From: Alphaproteobacteria bacterium
GTDB lineage: Bacteria > Pseudomonadota > Alphaproteobacteria > JAGOMX01
DNA: 64,000 nt
Assembly (NCBI GenBank): GCA_041738135.1
Contig: JBGSQK010000046.1
Coordinates: 390-64,389, forward strand
Direction of reading: 5' to 3'
Shown: piece after piece, positions 1 to 9,261 of the stretch
How positions within the stretch are numbered: the stretch's first letter is position 1
Layout: every line of letters begins with the position of its first letter
Made by a program: the position numbers and the translations under genes
Notes under the pieces: model-generated
What the model was told of the DNA's origin: nothing
The model's input: the letters and a program-made list of their open reading frames with translations, nothing else
Databases searched by the model: none

Positions 1-3000
1 ATCATGGGTGAGCTTTACTTTGTCTTCTGTGGAGAGGATTTGCACACGCCCTGCAGCTTTCAAGCTGGGGGCTTTTTGTTCATTTTCGCCCACAGAAACA
101 AACTGGATTTGACCGCCAGATTTTGTGGCGTTGCGCTCCACATGGTCTATGGTTAGACTTTTTTCTTCTACTTTCTTGGCGCCGAGGCTACCTCTAGACT
201 TTTCTTTTGAATGTTCTTGTTCAGCGTTATGCACCGGCATAGATTTCATGGAACCACCAGCTTTATAGCTGATGTCACCAACTGATTCTGTATCTACGCC
301 TGTAAGAACTTGGTTGCCGCCAGTCTTTAGAGTGAACTTGCCGCCTGCATGGTTTTTAACTTTGTGGTTTTGAATTTGTTCATGGCTGTATGAAAAACCA
401 CGGCTGCTTTCTTTATAACTGGAGGATGTTTGAGCCGCTGCTAAAGTAGCATCACCTTCTACATTGCCTTTAAAATCGCCAGCTGCGTCTAAGTGTCCGC
501 CGACAACAGTCAGATTCTGACCTACGTGTAAATGCAGGTCACCTTTACGAGATACAATGCCTGCTTCTCCGTGGATACGCTCTGTGTATCCGTTGGGGTT
601 TTCCATACGGCTTACGCTACGCTCCATGTGGGCGCTGCCATCCGTAGTAAACACAGTATTGGCGCCTGCTATCTGACTGGAAAGTAGGATGGTGTTGCCG
701 CCGGTTGTAAAAAACGTATCATTACGGCTATCCACTAAGGAATCCACCATATGCGTGACACCATTCACGTGGATTCTAGTTAGATCGTCACCCTTGATGA
801 GAGCTCCATGAGCCTCCAACGACTCAATCTTTAGATCTACCTTCTTACCTATAATTTTATTGCTTTGCTCTTTTAGGCTAGCACTGTTCACTTGCGCTAA
901 ATATAAACGTGGAACCAGTATTTTTTCCCCGCCAATGAAGGCTTCTTCCATCCAGATGATATTATTTCTGAGCTTGCGCACTTGATCTGCAGAAAGCCTA
1001 ACGCCAGGAACCAACTGCAATTCATCCATCTGATTCAATGCGTTGTCGTATAGAACTTTTATCATGGACTCATCAGTGGTCTGGTCTTCCAAAAAGCGTA
1101 CACCTGCTTTTTCAAATATTTGGTGACGGATGTACCTGGTTTCAGCTAATGAATCTCCGATTCTTTTTGGGTATTTAACACCCTCGGATGAAACAGCGAT
1201 TCTTGACAAGAAATAGTCACTACCCAGATATCGAGCGGGATTTACAAATTCAGGCCTCGATTCAATTAAAAATGGACTGTCTTGCGAAACGCTATTTTCA
1301 AATAAAGGTGAGGTGGCAAGTCTTTCTATAAATTCAGCAGACTCCACGTTAAATTGTATTGCTTCCGCCACATGAGGATCCATGGGGGCATCCAAGTTTA
1401 CGTCAAATGAGTCCAAAGGTATGGCAAGGCGATTGGCATTGCTTAATAATTCAGAAATAATGATGGGCGACGATTCTCTGTGCTGAGCCTTTTTCTTGGC
1501 AGAACCTGTGTAGGGTTTGTTCTCCTCGAGTCCATTGGTTTGAGTCAATTTACTCTTCAGAGATCCCGTGATTGATCTGCCAGCCTGAATTGTTGAGTTT
1601 ACGGAGTCTATATTTTCCACATAGGGGTCGTATTTATTAATTGTTGTAGCCCCCCCTTTGTATTTGCTGTGGCCACCAGCCTTTCTACTGACAAAACCTC
1701 TCTTTTTGCCTCGGACAACGGTAGTGTGCCACCCTTTCATTTTTAGCTGGAGGTCTTGGCTTGTATTGTCTAAGGTTTCTCCATTTAATACCACATCCCT
1801 TGCAGCGGCAATTAAACTATAGCTATTGTTAATATCATCCGTATCAAAGATAATGTCCCCACCGGATAAAATACAACCGGCCGGATCACCTTCAAATATA
1901 TCCGTTTTTTTGAACACACCGTGTTCCGATTTTTTTGTAATAGAGGGATCTTCGATAAATTCTGAATCAGATAAAGCGCCCTTGTGTTGCCTAACATATT
2001 TGGCTTTTTGGCGTTGCTTTTTAAAGTGCTTTGTTGGCTCAGGATTTAATCTTCCATATATCTTTTCAGAAGTTGTAAAAAGCGTATTATCTCGCCTATT
2101 CACCAACTTATTCGCTTTAAAATTCATGGTGCCGTCGTACATTTCTACGAGGCCTGAAACGTTTTCAAAGAGGCTCAGTTTTTCTTTGGTTAAGCCTTTT
2201 ACCATGAGCGTATGCCCGATAATGAACTCGCCGGCAAGATTGCGGATTGTGTTATCCACGTTCAAACCCATGCTTGCGTCGCTAAAGATTAACCCGTTGT
2301 CATTGGTCAAGTTTATGGCGTTGGCTGTTACGTCTTTGCCACGAAGGACACCTGAATTGGCAATGGTATTGCCGGCAACCTTGAGGTCTGCTCCGCTGGA
2401 AATAATGCCGCCTTTTAAATTTGACAATTCGCGACCAGCCGAAATGTTAGCAACCTTATCTCCTACCAAACGTCCACTGTTGCTGATATCTTGCGCATCC
2501 ATGTTAAAGGTATGAAGAGCCCAGAAAGTTCCTTTCGCATTCTCTAGGTTTCCGGTTAGGCGACTGGTGATGTTTTTGGCCTTAACGGTGCCTTCGTGGC
2601 GTATGGAACCAGTCTGAATGTCCAAAAAATCGGCCACAAGAAATTCACTGCCTGCGCCCGTATTGAAATAATCGGATAACCTTAATTCAGCGGAGTCTGC
2701 GGATATTTTATGGGTATTAGTCAGAGATTTAGCCTTTAAGCGTAATACCCCACCTGCCTCAATTTGTCCGGCATTGGTCATGCGGGTGGAAAAATCTAAG
2801 GCAACAGTATTTTGTCCAGAGAGAGTTCCGTAATTTTCCAGGACGGATCCCGTCAGCGCAAGGGTCTGACCGCCTGTTATGGTTCCCGCTGCCTCATTCT
2901 TGATCAGACTAACTGCAGTTAAATCTGTTTGCCCGCCAGCCAGTTTGCCCCCGTTAGTTATGTTCGTAGCACTTATGGATAAAAGGCTGTCGCTTTGAAT

Positions 3001-5262
3001 TTTACCTTTGTTGGTAGCGGCTTGTAGAAAAAAACCTTTCAAATTTTCTCTGGCTAAGATCTCTCCGTTATTTGTCAGGGAATGGCCAGTGATTTTCATG
3101 GCCCCATTACTGTAAATTTTGCCGTGGGTCAGATTGTCTACGTCTCCACCAACCTTCAGTTTCGCGCCCATTCCCGCAGCAACTAGACCATTATTGCTCA
3201 GTTTACCTGTGCTTAAGGTCAATTGACCCTCGGTCAGGATTTTTGCATTCTCTGCGTTAATGATTCCTTTGGAAACATTCAATGTCAGGTGCGACTTACC
3301 TCCTAATTTCCCTGTATTTTCCAGACGCTTTGCATCAACGGCCAGGCCTGCACCGCTCAAAAATTTTCCTTGATTTGTAAATGTACGATCTAAGGTGGCG
3401 TTCAGGTTCCGTTTACTCTCAACCAATCCTTCGTTCGATAATGATACGGACTTTAATGTCATATTTTCACGGCTTAAGATCTTGCCATTGGCAGTATTGA
3501 TGATTCGACCAGAAGAATCTATGATTCCCGTCCCCAAACTCACCAGTTTACCTGAATTGGTAATATTACCTGTGTCCAGGGTTAAACTTGCAGAGGACCG
3601 TATGGAGCCAGCATTGTTTAAATCATTTTCTAAAGTTACTGTGGCTGCCCCCGTGCTTTTGATTTTTCCTTGGTTGGTTAGACTTTGGGCCTTTAGGGTC
3701 AAAAGACCTCCACTTAAGATTCTGCCCGCAGCATGATTGTTCGCTAACCCGCCTATACCTAGGTCCACATTGCCATCACTTCCCAGCACAGCATGGTTGT
3801 TCAGAGAGGCTGCTTTCAAAGAAAATTCTCTACCGCCATAGAAAAGACCTGCTAGATTTTCAACGCTGCCTGTCGCTATTGAATCTAATTTAACGACAGC
3901 TGTTATCTGACCTGAGTTAGAAAGCGAGCCGCCCCTCAATTTCAGATTTGCACCGCTTTTGATAGTTCCGTTGGAATGGTTGGTTATGCCGTGATCTGTT
4001 TGAATTTTGGAATTGGATACAGATTGAATGATTCCCGCATTATCTAATGACCCCGCTTTGATTTTATTGGAACCATTACTCTGAATTTTTCCTGTGGCTG
4101 TATTCTCTAGGGCTTCACCAAGCTGGATATTATTGCTTTGCCCTGAAGCAATCTTACCTCGGTTAGTAAGATTTTTTGCTTCTACTGCTGTCGTTGTAGC
4201 GGATTGAATAGAAACATTTTCTTTAACTATGACTTCAGTACTTGCCTTAATGTTAGTATGCGCTAAGGTATCAACTGTGGCGTTGGTGCTTACTTCCACA
4301 GAGTTATTTCTGGAGGTAGCCTTTATGGGGCCCACGGATGCTATATGGTTCAAAACCACTTTGCCGTCAGCCGTAATTGTGGTGTCTTCAACTCGGGAGG
4401 CCATATTTTGTGGAGTTCGAACACCTACACCCGCTTCATTGCCTACGAGCGTAATTTTCCCGGCATATAAACCGCCCAAGGATGTGGAGTCTACTCCCCA
4501 TTCTGGTTTATCTCCATGCCCCGTACCATGACTTGCTGATGTTTTGGTCGCGTGATTGTATTTTTGCGGCCCTGTATGAACGGCTACTTTTGTTTGCTTG
4601 GTATTGTCCCCATGGATTTTGCCATTAATAACGGCAGCACGAGAGACCACATCAAAGTAATCCAATCCTTGTAGGTACACTCCGTTCTGTTCAATCTGAA
4701 CCGTGCCACGATCAACGGTTATATTTGAAACTCTCTGGTTCTCATCATACTCAAGAACACCTGTACTGAGAGTAACTCGCGGGGTGTTTCTAAAGCTGCC
4801 ACCATTAACACTAATTCCGTTGGGATTTGCCAAGATATATTCAGCTGACTGACCGGCAATCTCTGTAGGGCCATTAAGATGTGATTTATTTTGGCCAGTG
4901 ACTTCATTAATAATAAGACTCGCCGCATCACCTTTACCGAAATTAGGGTTTTCCTCGACGAGGCCGCCAACATCTGTGAGAATTCTTTGGTTGGAGTTAT
5001 TAAGAATAACGCCTTCTGATCCCACATTGAATTCGCTGAATTTGTTATGTGAAATACCGGAAGCGTTAGGTTTTACGATTTGTATTAATGGATTTCCGTT
5101 GGAAGCCTTATCCACTTTGGGTTGATTTTCCGCACGCGCGCCACTGTCTGCTTTTATGGGTGCAGGTTGAGTCGCATTGTGGACAGCGCAAACGCTTGTT
5201 ATTTGTGTGATCTCTAAGCTGATTGCTAAAAATATATAAAACAGTTTCTTTAGCATTTTCAT
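1..5262 (-). CDS. Two-partner-secretion exoprotein TpsA (filamentous haemagglutinin / ShlA / CdiA-like), truncated by the window start. It starts at ATG 5262 and the frame stays open to position 1 (at least 1750 aa in the window).
   Basis: Hand translation of the minus strand from 5262 gives MKMLKKLFYIFLAISLEITQITSVCAVHNA... (signal peptide), then GISHNKFSEFNVGSEGVILNNS...INEVTG...ILANPNGISVNGGSF, i.e. the TPS secretion domain with the NPNGI motif. No other long ORF covers 1-5262, and the plus-strand ORFs there are short. A tpsB gene lies 24 nt upstream on the same strand. Confidence 0.8.
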   Translation of the reverse strand, partial: MKMLKKLFYIFLAISLEITQITSVCAVHNATQPAPIKADSGARAENQPKVDKASNGNPLIQIVKPNASGISHNKFSEFNVGSEGVILNNSNQRILTDVGGLVEENPNFGKGDAASLIINEVTGQNKSHLNGPTEIAGQSAEYILANPNGISVNGGSFRNTPRVTLSTGVLEYDENQRVSNITVDRGTVQIEQNGVYLQGLDYFDVVSRAAVINGKIHGDNTKQTKVAVHTGPQKYNHATKTSASHGTGHGDKPEWGVDSTSLGGLYAGKITLVGNEAGVGVRTPQNMASRVEDTTITADGKVVLNHIASVGPIKATSRNNSVEVSTNATVDTLAHTNIKASTEVIVKENVSIQSATTTAVEAKNLTNRGKIASGQSNNIQLGEALENTATGKIQSNGSNKIKAGSLDNAGIIQSVSNSKIQTDHGITNHSNGTIKSGANLKLRGGSLSNSGQITAVVKLDSIATGSVENLAGLFYGGREFSLKAASLNNHAVLGSDGNVDLGIGGLANNHAAGRILSGGLLTLKAQSLTNQGKIKSTGAATVTLENDLNNAGSIRSSASLTLDTGNITNSGKLVSLGTGIIDSSGRIINTANGKILSRENMTLKSVSLSNEGLVESKRNLNATLDRTFTNQGKFLSGAGLAVDAKRLENTGKLGGKSHLTLNVSKGIINAENAKILTEGQLTLSTGKLSNNGLVAAGMGAKLKVGGDVDNLTHGKIYSNGAMKITGHSLTNNGEILARENLKGFFLQAATNKGKIQSDSLLSISATNITNGGKLAGGQTDLTAVSLIKNEAAGTITGGQTLALTGSVLENYGTLSGQNTVALDFSTRMTNAGQIEAGGVLRLKAKSLTNTHKISADSAELRLSDYFNTGAGSEFLVADFLDIQTGSIRHEGTVKAKNITSRLTGNLENAKGTFWALHTFNMDAQDISNSGRLVGDKVANISAGRELSNLKGGIISSGADLKVAGNTIANSGVLRGKDVTANAINLTNDNGLIFSDASMGLNVDNTIRNLAGEFIIGHTLMVKGLTKEKLSLFENVSGLVEMYDGTMNFKANKLVNRRDNTLFTTSEKIYGRLNPEPTKHFKKQRQKAKYVRQHKGALSDSEFIEDPSITKKSEHGVFKKTDIFEGDPAGCILSGGDIIFDTDDINNSYSLIAAARDVVLNGETLDNTSQDLQLKMKGWHTTVVRGKKRGFVSRKAGGHSKYKGGATTINKYDPYVENIDSVNSTIQAGRSITGSLKSKLTQTNGLEENKPYTGSAKKKAQHRESSPIIISELLSNANRLAIPLDSFDVNLDAPMDPHVAEAIQFNVESAEFIERLATSPLFENSVSQDSPFLIESRPEFVNPARYLGSDYFLSRIAVSSEGVKYPKRIGDSLAETRYIRHQIFEKAGVRFLEDQTTDESMIKVLYDNALNQMDELQLVPGVRLSADQVRKLRNNIIWMEEAFIGGEKILVPRLYLAQVNSASLKEQSNKIIGKKVDLKIESLEAHGALIKGDDLTRIHVNGVTHMVDSLVDSRNDTFFTTGGNTILLSSQIAGANTVFTTDGSAHMERSVSRMENPNGYTERIHGEAGIVSRKGDLHLHVGQNLTVVGGHLDAAGDFKGNVEGDATLAAAQTSSSYKESSRGFSYSHEQIQNHKVKNHAGGKFTLKTGGNQVLTGVDTESVGDISYKAGGSMKSMPVHNAEQEHSKEKSRGSLGAKKVEEKSLTIDHVERNATKSGGQIQFVSVGENEQKAPSLKAAGRVQILSTEDKVKLTHD

Positions 5263-5286
5263 TGCCTTACCCCTAAATTAGAATTG

Positions 5287-7023
5287 TTACATGTTTAGCC
5301 CGAATTTCAGATGAATTACAAGCCCCTCATTTTTAATAAATGAAGGACGTGTTAAAGATTTTGCGAATAAAACTTCCCCATGAGCCGCCCCATCCTTAAG
5401 ACGAAGGCCTATAAAAGAGGATGTTAATGTCCCATGCTCGAATCTATGTTTTTTATCTTTAGGTATCCAGCCATAGTCAAAACCGGCTATCACTGTCATT
5501 GCACCGAATATTTTTTTTACATGGGAATCGGCTGGTCTATATATGGGCGTTTCAAACTCATTGCGCCAATACATGCCATTGTTACCGCTGAGCCCTGTTT
5601 TTTGATAGCCGCGTACAGTCTGAGCGCCGCCAAAACTGATTTTTTCGCTGCTGAAAAGATTTTGAGGCGTATACTGCGCCGTGAGTTTCGTTGAGAAACT
5701 AAAGGGATGCTCCTCGATTGCAAACGGTTTAAAATAACTCACGTCAGAACTAATTTTATTAAATTGCGCTCGGGGAGTTCCGCTGGGCATCTTATGATTT
5801 TTGCTTGCGCTCAAACTGTCGAGGCCCCTTGTATAGGTTAAGGAAGCGGAAAAAGATCCGTTCCATAAACGCCTCATATGTGACAAGGTGCTGCCGAAGA
5901 GAGTGAGTCGATAGCTGCCCAATTGCAGCAAAACGTCTCCCACATAATTGCGATAATCTTTGTGGCTCAAGGATAAGTTGAGACTGGTTTTCGAATCTCC
6001 ATCCCTGTGCAAAAGTCGCTCAAGCTCACCACGATGAGTCTGGCTGTTGCCAAAAAACTCGATATTTCTGAGCCGCCCTTTGACAGTAGATTTATAATCA
6101 AAAAGCGAGCCAAAATATCGAACAGTCCAATACCCAAATGGAACAGAGGCTTGGAAACCTAGGCTCCTGTTATAGTGATTACCATTGTGGAAATCTAAAT
6201 CTTTTTTTGCATCAATGCCCCATGAGTCATATAGTCCAAATAGATCGTCATAAATAGTCTGCAATTCAATCTGGTTTTGCCCTGTACTGGCTGCGCCATA
6301 GTTATCTATGCGCGCACTAAAAGTTGCTGGAAATTTTTGTTTTGTCTGGATCAGAACGGCGCTGGTGCCGTCTGTCTTACCCGCATCAATTTTAATCTTG
6401 GCATCGTAGGTACCTAGTCTGGAAATCTGGTCAATGCCTTGCTCCAGATCACGTAAATTCAGCACGTCTTCCTCACTGGTTGGAATAGCATAGCCTGCTC
6501 TTACTTCTTTTTCATTGAGGATCACGCTTAATGACTCGATTTTGCCTTCAATGATTTTAATGATCAGTTTGCCAGTACTTAAATCCTGTGGTGGCAGATA
6601 GGCTCTGGTGGTGATATAACCGCGTTCTATGTATTCGTTAGTGATCTTCCGGATAATGATGTTTATCTCTGATACCGCGACGGGTCGACCTATATAGTCT
6701 TGTAGCAAAGCTTCCCGAACCATCCCATCCAGTAACGTCGCCCCTTCAAGAACGATTTCCTTAAAATAGAATTGAAGTTCATTGGCTTCTTGTTTGAGTG
6801 TGTTTTCTGCGACAAGCTCAGTTTTTGGTAAGTCCTGTTTCCGAAATTTTTCTTGCACGAGCTTTTGGTGAATTTCTTCCTTAGCGATGATTTGCTGTTG
6901 CTCACGCGCAATCATTTCTCCTGTGCTGGCACAAACAGGGCTCGTAGAGAACACAAAGTATAACAATACCGCTAATAAAATTAGTAAATTCATAATGACC
7001 CCACTATTGCACCTTTTTTTCAT
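5287..7023 (-). CDS. TpsB / ShlB / FhaC-family outer-membrane transporter (haemolysin activation/secretion protein, POTRA + Omp85-like beta-barrel). The true start may be the internal Met at about 6993.
   Basis: 578 aa, with a signal peptide (NLLILLAVLLYFVFSTSPVCAS). It carries ShlB/FhaC-like stretches (RIDNYGAASTGQNQIELQ..., C-terminal beta-barrel with terminal ...HLKFGLNM). It sits directly upstream of the TPS-domain gene on the same strand. Confidence 0.8.
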   Translation of the reverse strand: MKKRCNSGVIMNLLILLAVLLYFVFSTSPVCASTGEMIAREQQQIIAKEEIHQKLVQEKFRKQDLPKTELVAENTLKQEANELQFYFKEIVLEGATLLDGMVREALLQDYIGRPVAVSEINIIIRKITNEYIERGYITTRAYLPPQDLSTGKLIIKIIEGKIESLSVILNEKEVRAGYAIPTSEEDVLNLRDLEQGIDQISRLGTYDAKIKIDAGKTDGTSAVLIQTKQKFPATFSARIDNYGAASTGQNQIELQTIYDDLFGLYDSWGIDAKKDLDFHNGNHYNRSLGFQASVPFGYWTVRYFGSLFDYKSTVKGRLRNIEFFGNSQTHRGELERLLHRDGDSKTSLNLSLSHKDYRNYVGDVLLQLGSYRLTLFGSTLSHMRRLWNGSFSASLTYTRGLDSLSASKNHKMPSGTPRAQFNKISSDVSYFKPFAIEEHPFSFSTKLTAQYTPQNLFSSEKISFGGAQTVRGYQKTGLSGNNGMYWRNEFETPIYRPADSHVKKIFGAMTVIAGFDYGWIPKDKKHRFEHGTLTSSFIGLRLKDGAAHGEVLFAKSLTRPSFIKNEGLVIHLKFGLNM

Positions 7024-7348
7024 TCTAGATGCCTTTTAAACGTAAAAACTTGTAAAATCAAATGTTTGTATTTTAACTAATTATTATTAAATCTGTGCAG
7101 ACCTAGATACTGTCGTTACTGTGCTATTTAAGGACCATAAACGCATGATAAAGGAACATCCGAAAAATTCTCTGCCTAAAACTTATCGAAAGCAGATCAC
7201 TGATAAAATCCTTACTCTCTACAAAAAACTTGATTAAAAATTAAATGACCTATAAGTAAAGAGGTAATTGTTATGTACAAAGTTACTAGGGAAATTTAGG
7301 TTATGAAACCGGTTTAGGGATATCACAAGAAACAGATTCATAATCAGT

Positions 7349-7380
7349 AGGTCGGGTGTTCGAGTCACCTCTTCGGCACC
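7349..7380 (+). ncRNA. tRNA-like 3' half (T-arm GGGTG-TTCGAGT-CACCT, 7-nt acceptor 3' strand, discriminator A, encoded CCA) with no matching 5' acceptor strand upstream. It may be the acceptor piece of a permuted two-piece tmRNA or a tRNA-fragment att relic.
   Basis: The sequence ggtcGGGTGTTCGAGTCACCTcttcggcACCA reads like a T-arm plus acceptor plus CCA. The complementary GCCGAAG is absent in the preceding 90 nt. Confidence 0.2.
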
Positions 7381-7479
7381 AGTGTCTCTACAGGGTTGTC
7401 TGGCGTGTTGAATTGCTTGCTTGCCGGATCGTAGCTTACCTCAAACTGTCTTCAACAGTGCCAAAGGGAAGGTTTATGA

Positions 7480-9120
7480 TTAAGTATATGCATCTTCATC
7501 CGGCACATAGTCTTTCAACAGGGCAAAAGCATAGGCCGTAGCAACTGAGGAACTGGCTTGCAATAGATTAAACACATGGCTGATTTCATCATATGTAGCC
7601 ACGCATTCGCGAAGCCGTGTTTCAAATATTTCTATGTTACTATTTCTAGAGTAACTGAATGATCTGAGCTTAGACCAGCCCAGAGCCAACGTTTGTAGAT
7701 CCTTGATTTGGGGGAGCATTTCTATGGCAGACGCTAAAGACTGGCCCAAAACTTGGGCTGCTTCGATACAATCCAGAAAGCTTTTAGATTGTAGAGTATG
7801 TCTAAACACATCTGGTTTTGCAGGTTTCTGCTGCTTAGCTTCTTGTATCTTGAGATTTAAATATGCTAGGCATTGCTCCTTCTCAGAGGTTTCCATTTCA
7901 GAAATTCTGGCCATCTGACCATGTACTATTGATAAATAATCTAGGTGTATGTCTTTGACATATACTTTTGCAGCCTCCACGTTTCGCTCGTAAGGAGGAA
8001 GGCCTAACAGCAAGGCCTTAAACTTGATCCATCTATACTTATCTATCATAAGCTTGTCGGCCTTAAAATCATTAATGAGTCGATTTACATTTCCATCAGA
8101 TCTACTTAGACTGAGATTGTAAAGCATGTTTCTGAAGAAATTATTCATCCAATGTTCGGGGTCAACACCCTTCTTAAGGGCTTTACTAAACTTACCAGCC
8201 TTATTAAGAAGTGCATCATTCCATAATAGTGCTTTTACACTATCTAGGTCTTTGGCATAGCCATTCTCTCCCAAGAGAAGATTTAATACTTTGTCCTTGA
8301 AGGCTTCAGGATGACCTTTTTGACAAAGTTCATCGGTCAGTTGAACGTATTCCTCTTGAGTAATCTCGTAAAATCCCCTAATCAAAAAACTCCCTCGTTT
8401 AAAGTTTATTGCGTCCAAGGATCCTAGAGCGATCAACCTATCGTTTATTTCCCTACATGGACGCCTTTGTTCTTCTGTACCTTCACCTGGCAGGACACTG
8501 TAGAAATTTCGTAAATACAGCAGACAAGTCATATGCCCCCGGGCAGCCCAAGAATGCATATATAAATTCACTTGATCAGGCTTGCGTACTGGCTTTTCAT
8601 CTTCGAAATCTTGTCTATTGAGGAGGGCAAATGGGTCACCATAACTACAAGCTAATTGATCTTGATAGGACATCTCTTTTCTTTGTTCTTGCTCATACAA
8701 ATCTGCAGCTAGATACTTTTTTTCATATTCCCTCAGATCCTCTGCCTTGCCGTGTCTAAGCCCCTTCTCATAACGGAATTTAGAGGTGGAAGCACGATCA
8801 ACCTCCAATTGAGCGACTTTTCCCCTCATGTAAGCTTGCCGGCCTAGGATCGTACTCCGAATTGAAAGGGAGGGCTCAAACTTCATTTGGTTGATTTTAA
8901 TATACTTCCACGCTGCCTCCACAGCCGTTTTGTGTCTTGTGCACGTCAATGCAAACTGACCCGCTTCAGCTGGCGTCAGAAAAGAGGCTATTCGTTGCAT
9001 CACACCCGGTGCCACCATAGCGAGTGGTGAAATTTGCTCCGGGTCATGTGGGTATGAAGCCATTGCGTTGGCTACGAGACAGAACGTTACTGCGGTGCTG
9101 TAAATCAGGTATCTGATCAT
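7480..9120 (-). CDS. Secreted hypothetical protein with an N-terminal F-box-like motif
   Basis: 546 aa with a signal peptide (MIRYLIYSTAVTFCLVANAMA). Residues about 30-75, ISPLAMVAPGVMQRIASFLTPAEAGQFALTCTRHKTAVEAAW, fit the F-box pattern (LPxEIxxxIfsxL...vCKxW). Confidence 0.45.
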   Translation of the reverse strand: MIRYLIYSTAVTFCLVANAMASYPHDPEQISPLAMVAPGVMQRIASFLTPAEAGQFALTCTRHKTAVEAAWKYIKINQMKFEPSLSIRSTILGRQAYMRGKVAQLEVDRASTSKFRYEKGLRHGKAEDLREYEKKYLAADLYEQEQRKEMSYQDQLACSYGDPFALLNRQDFEDEKPVRKPDQVNLYMHSWAARGHMTCLLYLRNFYSVLPGEGTEEQRRPCREINDRLIALGSLDAINFKRGSFLIRGFYEITQEEYVQLTDELCQKGHPEAFKDKVLNLLLGENGYAKDLDSVKALLWNDALLNKAGKFSKALKKGVDPEHWMNNFFRNMLYNLSLSRSDGNVNRLINDFKADKLMIDKYRWIKFKALLLGLPPYERNVEAAKVYVKDIHLDYLSIVHGQMARISEMETSEKEQCLAYLNLKIQEAKQQKPAKPDVFRHTLQSKSFLDCIEAAQVLGQSLASAIEMLPQIKDLQTLALGWSKLRSFSYSRNSNIEIFETRLRECVATYDEISHVFNLLQASSSVATAYAFALLKDYVPDEDAYT

Positions 9121-9261
9121 GTACTTTCCTAACCTTAATATTATCGAGGGATGTTACGTCGCTTTCGAAAATTCTGCAAGCTTAGATAAGTTGATGTTTT
9201 CTTCCTAGTATGATACCTATGCCCTCTATAGTTGGAATGTTATATCATAGGAATTACACCC

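Noticed and set aside
1812-5125. Plus- and minus-strand ORFs of 60-230 aa at 1812-1997, 1826-2515, 3395-3736, 4229-4531, 4719-5027 and 4898-5125
   Set aside because: All lie inside the continuous minus-strand TpsA reading frame (5262 to 1). They are frame artefacts of a long repetitive gene.
7305-7380. A complete tRNA gene ending at the CCA at 7380
   Set aside because: No 5' acceptor strand complementary to cttcggc exists upstream, and no D-arm or anticodon arm can be folded. Only the 3' half is tRNA-like.
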